Source: Candidatus Binataceae bacterium | GTDB taxonomy: Bacteria > Desulfobacterota > Binatia > Binatales > Binataceae | Direction of reading: 5' to 3' | DNA: 64,000 bases | Assembly: GCA_035508495.1 (NCBI GenBank) | Contig: DATJMX010000022.1 | Location: 44,139-108,138 of the forward strand | In this document: piece after piece, positions 45,669 through 53,551 of the stretch | How the letters are laid out: the number at the start of each line of letters is the position of its first letter | Position numbering within the stretch: position 1 is the stretch's first letter | Notes under the pieces: model-generated | Database searches by the model: none | What the model was told of the DNA's origin: nothing | Seen by the model: only the letters and a program-made list of their open reading frames with translations | Translations under genes and position numbers: made by a program

Positions 45669-46853
45669 ATGCTGCGGGCGGGAGTCGGATATTCAAATGC
45701 GCTCAATCCTCGCACCGCGGCGGCCGAGGCCACTGCCGCGGCGCTGGCGTGCGCGGGCCTGAACGCGGCCGAAGGCGCGCTGGTATTTGCCACCACGGCT
45801 TACGGCGCCGCCTATCCGATGATCCTGCGGATGGTGGCGCAGGAGGCGCATACGCGCGAAATCGCGGGATGCTCGACGATGGGCGTGATCGCCAACGAGC
45901 AGGAAGTCGAAACCGGTCATGCGCTCGCGGTGATCGTCTTCGGCGGCGGCGCGATCGCGGGGCGCCGCTTTTTCGTGCCTTCCCTGCGCGGCCGCTCGCG
46001 CGAGGCCGCCAGCGAAGTAGCAGGCGCCGTGCGGCCGGGCCTCAATGCTAACAATCTATTGTGCGTGTTCGCCGATACTTACAACCTCGAAGCCGAGGTT
46101 TTCCTCGACGCGCTCAGGGCCGAGCTGCCGGGCGTCGTGATCGTTGGCGGCGGCGCCAGCGAGGACGGTTCGATTGGCGAGACCTTCCAGTTTTGTGGCG
46201 ACGTGGTGAGCTCGAACGCGGTCTCCGGGATGCTGATCGCGGGCGACTTCGATATCACGGTGGTAAGCTCGCTCGCCTGCACTCCGATCGGCGGAGCGCA
46301 TCGCGTAACCGCGGCGCGCGACAACATCATAATGGAGCTCGACGGCCGGCCGGCATACGAAGTTTTTGCCGAGGCTGCGGGTCCGCTGGCGAGCGATTTG
46401 CGCCGCGCTCTCACGTTCGTTTTCCTGGCCGTCCCGCTCGATCCGAATGCGACGACGATCGCGCGCGGCAACTATCTCGTGCGCAACATCGTCGGCGCGA
46501 GCAAGGAGCACGGCGTGATCGCCGTCGCCCATCAGCCCAAGGTCGGAGATATGGTCGGCCTTGCATTGCGCGACGGCGAACGCGCGCGCCAGGATCTCAA
46601 GGCAACGCTCGAAAGCCTCGAGACCCGAATCGAATCGCCGCCAAAACTCGGCCTCTATTTTGACTGCGTGTCGCGCGGCGTGGGCCTCTACGGAATCCCC
46701 GGCCACGATTCGGCCTACATCAGGCGCTACCTCGGCGATCTCGCGCTCGGCGGCTTCTTCACCGGCTTCGAAATCGGCCCGGTTGGCGACTCAACCGCGC
46801 CCCTTCAATACACCGGCGTGCTCGCGCTACTCTCCGAGAAGAAGAAGGACTAA
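45669..46853 (+). CDS. FIST (N+C) domain sensor protein, no output domain
   Basis: ATG 45669, 8 nt after the peptidase stop. Layout and motifs (...FATTAYG..., ...GGGASEDG..., ...GFFTGFEIGP) match FIST_N/FIST_C by recall. Confidence 0.7.
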   Translation: MLRAGVGYSNALNPRTAAAEATAAALACAGLNAAEGALVFATTAYGAAYPMILRMVAQEAHTREIAGCSTMGVIANEQEVETGHALAVIVFGGGAIAGRRFFVPSLRGRSREAASEVAGAVRPGLNANNLLCVFADTYNLEAEVFLDALRAELPGVVIVGGGASEDGSIGETFQFCGDVVSSNAVSGMLIAGDFDITVVSSLACTPIGGAHRVTAARDNIIMELDGRPAYEVFAEAAGPLASDLRRALTFVFLAVPLDPNATTIARGNYLVRNIVGASKEHGVIAVAHQPKVGDMVGLALRDGERARQDLKATLESLETRIESPPKLGLYFDCVSRGVGLYGIPGHDSAYIRRYLGDLALGGFFTGFEIGPVGDSTAPLQYTGVLALLSEKKKD

Positions 46854-46893
46854 CCAGCGAGTCAACAGATTTTAAGGTTCGGAGGTTTGACGG

Positions 46894-48198
46894 ATGAACA
46901 CGTCGGCCGTGCCGGGACCGAAATCGCCGCGCCTGTTGCAGGGATTCGCTTACCTCAGGGATCCGTTGGCGCTCTTCGACGATTGCGCCAGAAAATACGG
47001 CGATTGCTTCACGCTCCGTGTTCCGACCCTCCCGGCAACTATCTGTTTGAGTGACCCGGAGGCAATCAGGGAGATCTTCGCTCGCGACGGTACCGACGCA
47101 ATCGAGACCGGATCAATCTTCGCGTCGGTGATGGCCCCAGTCGTCGGCGAACATTCGATGCTCGTAATCGATGGCGACGAGCATCGACGTCATCGCAGTA
47201 TCACGATGCCTTACTTCGCGCGCGCCCAGTTCGCACGGCTCGGCGATACAATCGTCGAGTTGACGGATCGCGAGATTTCGACCTGGCCGAGCGGCACGCC
47301 TTTCCCGATGCGTCCAAGGATGCAGAACATCACGCTCCAGGTCATGCTCCGGATTCTCTTTGGGGAGCATGCGACGTCGGTCTTCACGCCCGACCTGCTG
47401 CGCAGGGCGTTCGGAGTCGGACCCAACCCCTTCATATTTTATCGCTGGGCGCGAGTGGACCTCGGACCGCGCAGCCCATGGGGCGGCTTTCTGCGCATCC
47501 ATCGCGAAGTAACGGAAAGTATCCTCGCGGAGATCCGCCGTCGTCGTGTTAACGGACGGTCATCGGAAGATGTGCTCGCTTCGATGATGAGGCCGCACGG
47601 CGACAACGGCGGCACGATGAGCGACGAGGAACTCACCGACGAGGTATGGACTCTGATCAATGCCGGCAACGATACGACGGCTACGGCGCTCGCGTGGGCG
47701 ATCTATCACCTCGCGTGCAATCCTGAAGTGATCGCCGAACTTCGGCGCGAGCAGTGCAGTCTTGGCAACCCGACCACCGATCAACTCGCGCAGCTTCCCT
47801 ACCTCGATGCCACAGTGAGGGAGGTTCTGCGGATCTCGCCGATCTTCCTGATGGTCGGGCGTCGCTTGAAAGAACCGATGCGCGTCGGCGATCGCGAACT
47901 GCCGGCGGGAACGACGGTCGCTCCCTGCATCTATCTGGCGCATCGCAGACCGGATATCTGGCATGAGCCGAAGCGATTCAACCCGCGCCGCTTTCTCGAC
48001 GAGCGCCATCCCGCTCACCACTTCTTCCCCTTCGGCGGCGGTATCCGGCACTGCATCGGCGCGGCGCTGGCGATATACGAAATGAAGCTGGTGCTCGCGC
48101 GGGTCTTCTCGAGAATGGAGCTGCGTCTACGCCGGGCTACGTCGCCAGGCCGCGTTGGTACTTCAATTTCATCGCGCCTTCGGACGAGCTGCCGGTAG
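46894..48198 (+). CDS. Cytochrome P450 (3' end apparently frameshifted, see findings)
   Basis: GGAGG SD. EXXR (EVLR), heme loop FPFGGGIRHCIGAALA. The last ~22 aa as read are Arg/Ser junk, whereas the other frame gives a P450-like C-terminus ending at 48215. Confidence 0.9.
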   Translation: MNTSAVPGPKSPRLLQGFAYLRDPLALFDDCARKYGDCFTLRVPTLPATICLSDPEAIREIFARDGTDAIETGSIFASVMAPVVGEHSMLVIDGDEHRRHRSITMPYFARAQFARLGDTIVELTDREISTWPSGTPFPMRPRMQNITLQVMLRILFGEHATSVFTPDLLRRAFGVGPNPFIFYRWARVDLGPRSPWGGFLRIHREVTESILAEIRRRRVNGRSSEDVLASMMRPHGDNGGTMSDEELTDEVWTLINAGNDTTATALAWAIYHLACNPEVIAELRREQCSLGNPTTDQLAQLPYLDATVREVLRISPIFLMVGRRLKEPMRVGDRELPAGTTVAPCIYLAHRRPDIWHEPKRFNPRRFLDERHPAHHFFPFGGGIRHCIGAALAIYEMKLVLARVFSRMELRLRRATSPGRVGTSISSRLRTSCR

Positions 48199-48366
48199 TC
48201 GCGCGTTCTGTTTAATCCGCGCAACAAACTCCTGGCCGAGGCAAGGCACGGCGCGCCGGGTGCGCTTTCTCGCGGCTCGGCGTAGTATTAGACAAGCGCT
48301 TCGGAATTGTCGTTGCGCGTTAAGGGCCTGCGCACTATCGTTAATCGGCGCGCTTTGAATCCCGCG

Positions 48367-49725
48367 ATGTATCCCCGGACAAACGAGAGATTCCCTGACG
48401 AAAAACTGGGACGGATTCTTACCCAGCTGCGGGCGCTGCGATCGCGCCTGAATTTGCTCGCGATTCAGCATGGCCTGTTCTATTCGTTGGCGATGCTGAT
48501 CGCGGCGGGCGCAATCGTTTACGCCTGCGCCTTCACGCTCTCGCCGCTTAACTTCATGATCATCGCGGCGATCGCCGCCGCGACTGCGCCTGTCGCGATC
48601 GTTACCGCGACGCGAACGGCTTGGTCGATGCGCGCATCGACGGCCCGCGCTGCCTCGCTCGCTGACGAGCGGGCCGAGCTCAAGGGCCGCCTCGCCACGA
48701 TCGTTACTATCGCCCAGCATCGCCGCAGAGGCCCGATGTGGTCGTATCTCGTCGAGGATACTCTGAGCCGCAGCGAGGAATTCGCGCCCGCCCGTATCGA
48801 GCGGCGGCGTATCTCGAAGGGAATCTTTGCCCTCGCGGGAGCACTGGTGTTGGCCGGGATCGCATGGCCGATCTCAAAGATTCGCCACGCGCAGATCGCC
48901 GCCGCGAATCAACGTCCCGACGATCTCACACTCGATCTTAATGATCTGCATCTGCGTCCCGCCGATCCCGGCGACGACAGCGGTGTGACCGTCTCCGCCG
49001 ATCCCGCGACGATGCGCCAGTTGCAGGCGCGGCTCGCACACGACGGCCTGGATGCGGGGCAGGGCAATTCGACCTCACTCGATTCGCTGGTGAATCACGC
49101 GCGCGACCTTGCAGGTAACCTGCAGAGCAAGCTCACCGGTCAGAAATCGCAGCCGCAGCGGCTTAATCTGAAGCTTGCTGACGCCGCCGACCCGTTCGCC
49201 CAGGACAAGGATCGCAACAACAATTTCGCCCAACAGCATAAGCATAACGACAATCCGGCCGGCCAGTTCCAGCGCGATCAGCCGGCGGGAAAAGAAGGCG
49301 ACCTGCCGCAGAATCCGGTTCATAATGAGAACCAGGACCAGGACCGTCCGGCGGGCGCGGGCGACATGGGCAACCAATCGCAAGGCGGCAAGAACTCGGC
49401 GGATGACAATCAGGATCAGACCGCCGATGCCAACAGTCAGCAGAATGGCGACCAGGGCAGCAATGGCGGCGCAGCGCACGGAATCGGCGCCGATCCTGAC
49501 AGCTTGTTCGGTGCGCCTGCGCAGGCGAAGCTCGGCAGCGAGGGGTTCGAGATCGCGATTGAAGCGCGCCCGCTCGACAAGGGCCCCAAAGGCGCAGGCC
49601 ACGCCTACGAGCCGCCCAAGGTGCGCACCACCCTCAGCACCGATCAGGAGCCCGACGAGCCCGTCGCGCGCACGGATGTGCCGTCCGAGGATCGAACCAC
49701 TATAAAGCGGGTATTCGAACGATGA
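48367..49725 (+). CDS. Hypothetical membrane protein with D/N/Q/G-rich low-complexity C-terminal half
   Basis: About 3 TM helices, then ~250 aa of polar low complexity. Its stop overlaps the MoxR ATG (ATGA). ATG 48367 preferred over TTG 48307. Confidence 0.7.
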   Translation: MYPRTNERFPDEKLGRILTQLRALRSRLNLLAIQHGLFYSLAMLIAAGAIVYACAFTLSPLNFMIIAAIAAATAPVAIVTATRTAWSMRASTARAASLADERAELKGRLATIVTIAQHRRRGPMWSYLVEDTLSRSEEFAPARIERRRISKGIFALAGALVLAGIAWPISKIRHAQIAAANQRPDDLTLDLNDLHLRPADPGDDSGVTVSADPATMRQLQARLAHDGLDAGQGNSTSLDSLVNHARDLAGNLQSKLTGQKSQPQRLNLKLADAADPFAQDKDRNNNFAQQHKHNDNPAGQFQRDQPAGKEGDLPQNPVHNENQDQDRPAGAGDMGNQSQGGKNSADDNQDQTADANSQQNGDQGSNGGAAHGIGADPDSLFGAPAQAKLGSEGFEIAIEARPLDKGPKGAGHAYEPPKVRTTLSTDQEPDEPVARTDVPSEDRTTIKRVFER

Positions 49726-50771
49726 CCGATATGGACTCCGCCGCCCTCGAGACTCCGACCGTCGCTGATTTTGCGCGGACCTTCCGCCGAATCCAGGCCG
49801 AAATTCACAAGGTGATTATCGGCCATGAACAGGCTGTCGAGGAGATGCTCTCCGCGCTGTTCGCCGGCGGCCATGTCCTGATCGAAGGCGTGCCCGGCAC
49901 CGGCAAGACCACGCTGGTGAAGACCCTGGGCCTCGCTCTCAACCTGAGCTTCAATCGTATCCAGTTCACTGTCGATCTGATGCCGGCCGATATCACCGGC
50001 ACGCGGGTTATCGAAACCGGCGCCGACGGCCGCCGCGAATTCACCTTTCAGCCCGGTCCCGTTTTTTGCCATATCCTGCTCGGCGACGAGATCAATCGCG
50101 CGACGCCGAAGACGCAATCCGCGCTGCTTGAGGCGATGGCCGAGTTGCAGGTGACCGTAGCAGGTATCACGCACGTGCTGCCGCCGCCGTACTTCGTGAT
50201 GGCGACGCTCAATCCGATCGAGATGGAAGGCACCTATCCGCTGCCCGAGGCGCAGCTCGATCGCTTCCTCTTCAAGGTGCGGCTCAACTATCCCGACGAG
50301 GCCGAGCTCACGCGGATCATCAGCTCGACGACCGGGCCCGAGGATGCTGGAATCGAGGCGGTGTTTCACGTCGCCGAGGCGCCGCAGCGTATCGAAGCGC
50401 TCAAGAAGCTGGTGCGCGAGGTGATGGTGGCGCCCGAGATCGAGCAATACGCGGCACGAGTCGTGCGCGCCACGCAGCCGCAGAACTCGCGCTTCGTTTC
50501 CGATGAGGCGCGCGCCGTCCATGATGATATGGTCAATCGCTACGTGCTGTTCGGCTCGAGTCCGCGCGGCGCGCAGGCGCTGATCCTGGGTGCGAAGGTC
50601 CGCGCGCTGCTCGACGGACGCGCCAACGTCGCGCGCGAGGATATCGACCGCGTCGCAGTCCCCGGCCTCGCCCATCGCATCATGCTCAACTACGCCGCGC
50701 ATTCCGACGGTATCGACGCCGTGCATATTGTCGAGCGGGTCCTGAAGTCGGTGCGCGCGGCGCGCGCCTGA
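49722..50771 (+). CDS. MoxR-family AAA+ ATPase
   Basis: Walker A GVPGTGKT, Walker B ILLGDEINRATPKTQSALLEAM, and a typical MoxR C-terminal lid. Confidence 0.93.
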   Translation: MTDMDSAALETPTVADFARTFRRIQAEIHKVIIGHEQAVEEMLSALFAGGHVLIEGVPGTGKTTLVKTLGLALNLSFNRIQFTVDLMPADITGTRVIETGADGRREFTFQPGPVFCHILLGDEINRATPKTQSALLEAMAELQVTVAGITHVLPPPYFVMATLNPIEMEGTYPLPEAQLDRFLFKVRLNYPDEAELTRIISSTTGPEDAGIEAVFHVAEAPQRIEALKKLVREVMVAPEIEQYAARVVRATQPQNSRFVSDEARAVHDDMVNRYVLFGSSPRGAQALILGAKVRALLDGRANVAREDIDRVAVPGLAHRIMLNYAAHSDGIDAVHIVERVLKSVRAARA

Positions 50772-50781
50772 GGTTGCAGCG

Positions 50782-51687
50782 ATGCTCGAGACGCGTGCGT
50801 TCGAGCCCGAATATCTGCGCAAGCTCGACCGGCTCGTGCTCGGTATCAAGCGCGCACGCTCGGTGCGCCAGGGCGAGCGGCGGATCGGCCGCGTTCAAGG
50901 GCTCGGAATCGAGCTCGAAAACTTCAAGGAATATACCGAAGGCGACGATCTCAGGTTCCTCGACTGGAACGCGATGGCGCGCCTCGACCAGCCGTTGATC
51001 AGGACTTTCCGCGCCGAGCGGCAGATCGAAATCACCGCGCTGGTCGATGCGAGTGCCTCCATGGGTATGCCCACGAGCGACGACAAGCTCGGCCTCGGCC
51101 TCGCGGTCGGCGCTTCGCTCGCTTACATCGGGATGGCCGACAATGACGCCGTCCGCCTCGGCGCATTCTCGGTGCGGCGCGGCCAGATGTGCCTCGAGAC
51201 GACGCCGTTTCATCGCCGGCGCGAATCGTACCTCAATTTCAAGGACTTCGCGGGCGCGGTCCAGGCCGGCGGCGAGACGCGTCTCGGCGCCGCGGTCGAT
51301 CAGCTTTTGCTCGAGCGGCGTCCACGCGGCGTCGTAGTCGTCGTCTCCGATTTCCTGGTTTCGGCCGCCGAGGCCGAGGATGCCCTCAAGCGGTTGGTTG
51401 CGGCAAATCACGAAGTCAAAGTCGTCCACGTGATGGGAGAGATTGAAAGCACCGGCGCCTATCCGCCCGGACTTTATCGAATCCGCGACGCTGAGAGCGG
51501 CGAGATGCGCGAGGCGGTCTTCGGCCCGGAAGCCGCCGCGGTATGCCGCCGCAAAGTCGAACAACTGGTCGAGCGAATCCGCGCGATTTGCGCGGCGATC
51601 GGCGTCGTTTATGCGCAGGCATTCGGCGCGAGCACGCTCGACAATTTCATGGAACGTGAATTGCCGCTGCTCGGGATCGTCAGATAA
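50782..51687 (+). CDS. DUF58 domain protein (vWA-like, MoxR partner)
   Basis: DDLRFLDWNAMARLDQPLIRTFRAE is the DUF58 hallmark. Immediately follows MoxR. Confidence 0.85.
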   Translation: MLETRAFEPEYLRKLDRLVLGIKRARSVRQGERRIGRVQGLGIELENFKEYTEGDDLRFLDWNAMARLDQPLIRTFRAERQIEITALVDASASMGMPTSDDKLGLGLAVGASLAYIGMADNDAVRLGAFSVRRGQMCLETTPFHRRRESYLNFKDFAGAVQAGGETRLGAAVDQLLLERRPRGVVVVVSDFLVSAAEAEDALKRLVAANHEVKVVHVMGEIESTGAYPPGLYRIRDAESGEMREAVFGPEAAAVCRRKVEQLVERIRAICAAIGVVYAQAFGASTLDNFMERELPLLGIVR

Positions 51688-51691
51688 GCCG

Positions 51692-53551
51692 ATGGGATTT
51701 CTCGATCCGCGCAACCTGCTGTGGGGCGTAAGTCTGGCCGTCCTGGTCGCGATTTACCTGCGCTCGCGCGCCCGCCCGACGATCGATGTTTCGAGCCTGA
51801 TGCTGTTCGACGAAGTGCCTGCGCCGTCAGCGAGCATGCGCCAGGTCCGCTTCGATCTGCTCTTCTGGCTCGAAGCTGCGGCGCTCTGCGCCCTCACGCT
51901 CGCGATCGCGGGCTTCTTCGTGCGGATTCCGGAGCGGCCGGCTCACGGCCGCAGTCATGCGCTGGTCTTCGCACTCGGCGCGGGCATGACCGCGACTGAG
52001 AGCGGCTCGTCGCGCCTCGATCGCGCCAAACGCCAGGCCCTGGACATTATTGCCGACGCCCATCCCGACGATCAGTTCAGCATCATTACTTATGCGCTCG
52101 AGGCCAACCTCGCGCAGGCGCCGACCTCCGATGCAAAGGAACTGCGCGCCGCAATCGGGAAACTCAACGCGATCGCGGTCGCGACGCGTCCCGCCGCGTT
52201 GCGCGCGGCGCTGATGCGTGCGCGCGGCGCCGCCGAAATTGATCTCTTCGCCGACCGGCCGCCACCCGGCGAGGCGCTCGGCGATATCGCTACCGCCGGC
52301 AAATTCGTTTTTCACCAGGTCGCCGCTGACGAAGCGAATCTTGCCATCGTCTCGCTCGATCCAGGTGTGCCGCGTGCCTCCAAAATGCGAGTCGGCATTC
52401 GCAACTTCGGGGCGCATCCGCAACTCTGCGATCTGAAAATCTATCTCGACGAGAAAGACGCCGCGGCCCAAACCCTTATGCTGGCGCCGCGCGAGCAGGT
52501 CACCGCCCCCTACGATCCCCTTCCCGCCGGCGGAATCGTTCACGCGCATATCGCCTCGCCCGATGCGATTGCGGCGGATAACGATCGCTACGTGCTCGCC
52601 ACGGCGGCGGTCCCGCTGCATGCGCTCGTCGTCTCACCGGATCCGGCGGTGCGCGACGATCTTGCTCGCGTGCTGCTCGCCGTCAATCCGAATTTCCGTA
52701 TCGAAGCGGTCGATCCCGCGAGTTACCATGCTGCGAGCAACGATTCCGATCACTTCGCGCTGGCGATCGTTCATGACTCGGACGCTGCCGTGCACGCCGA
52801 TTCAACTTTGCTGGTGTTCCCGCCCGCGGGTGCGTCCAAGCTCATCCCCGGATTGACGATCGATGGAACCGCGAGCGGCGCTGAGCTTCACGGCGCAACG
52901 CAGAGTGGCGGCAACGGACTTCCGATCGGCGCGACGCGGATTCTCGCGATGCCGGAGTGGATGGAAGTCACGTCGAGTGCGACCCTTCCCGGGAAGGGTC
53001 GCATGCCGGTCGCCGCGATCGGCCAGGGCGAGAACGGCAGCGTCGGCGTGATCGCATTCGACGTGCGCGACCGGATGCTGCTCGACCCGGACCATCTCGA
53101 CGCGCTCGTCGGGACGGTGGACCTCATTAAGCGCCTCGTCACGCCGGCCAATGTTCAAATCGTCGCGACCGGAACCTACGTCAATCTGCCCGCATCCGGT
53201 CCGGCGAAGATCACTTCGCCTGACGGCTCTGTGCAGACCGTCACGCCTGACAAGTCGGGGCGAATCGTACTGCGCCCGTTGATGGCGGGGCGATACAAGG
53301 TCGATAACGGCAAGAGTTCGGTGCAGGTCTTCGCCAACTACTATGACGCGATCGAGTCCGACACGGCAGTGACGCAGGTCACGTCGGCTAAATCGCCGCA
53401 GCGGGAGCTAGCGTCGATTCCGGCGCCGCCGCGTGAGCCGCAGATCCAGCCGATGCTGATCGTGCTGGCGCTGATGGCGATGCTGGCGCTGCTCGCGGAA
53501 TCTGCGATGCTGGCGCGGCGCGCGGGGCGATGGGGAATGCGCCATGTTTGA
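51692..53551 (+). CDS. BatA-N (aerotolerance-related N-terminal double-TM) domain protein with degenerate vWA-like region
   Basis: ATG 51692, 4 nt after the DUF58 stop. MGFLDPRNLLWGVSLAVLVAIYL... is the TIGR02226-type N-terminus; C-terminal TM anchor. The listed upstream 83 codons were rejected. Confidence 0.75.
   Translation: MGFLDPRNLLWGVSLAVLVAIYLRSRARPTIDVSSLMLFDEVPAPSASMRQVRFDLLFWLEAAALCALTLAIAGFFVRIPERPAHGRSHALVFALGAGMTATESGSSRLDRAKRQALDIIADAHPDDQFSIITYALEANLAQAPTSDAKELRAAIGKLNAIAVATRPAALRAALMRARGAAEIDLFADRPPPGEALGDIATAGKFVFHQVAADEANLAIVSLDPGVPRASKMRVGIRNFGAHPQLCDLKIYLDEKDAAAQTLMLAPREQVTAPYDPLPAGGIVHAHIASPDAIAADNDRYVLATAAVPLHALVVSPDPAVRDDLARVLLAVNPNFRIEAVDPASYHAASNDSDHFALAIVHDSDAAVHADSTLLVFPPAGASKLIPGLTIDGTASGAELHGATQSGGNGLPIGATRILAMPEWMEVTSSATLPGKGRMPVAAIGQGENGSVGVIAFDVRDRMLLDPDHLDALVGTVDLIKRLVTPANVQIVATGTYVNLPASGPAKITSPDGSVQTVTPDKSGRIVLRPLMAGRYKVDNGKSSVQVFANYYDAIESDTAVTQVTSAKSPQRELASIPAPPREPQIQPMLIVLALMAMLALLAESAMLARRAGRWGMRHV

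Noticed and set aside
48155-48358. 67-aa plus-strand ORF just after or overlapping the P450 3' end
   Set aside because: It is the third frame of the P450 C-terminal region and has no SD. The frame that restores a P450-like C-terminus is a different one (see the frameshift finding).
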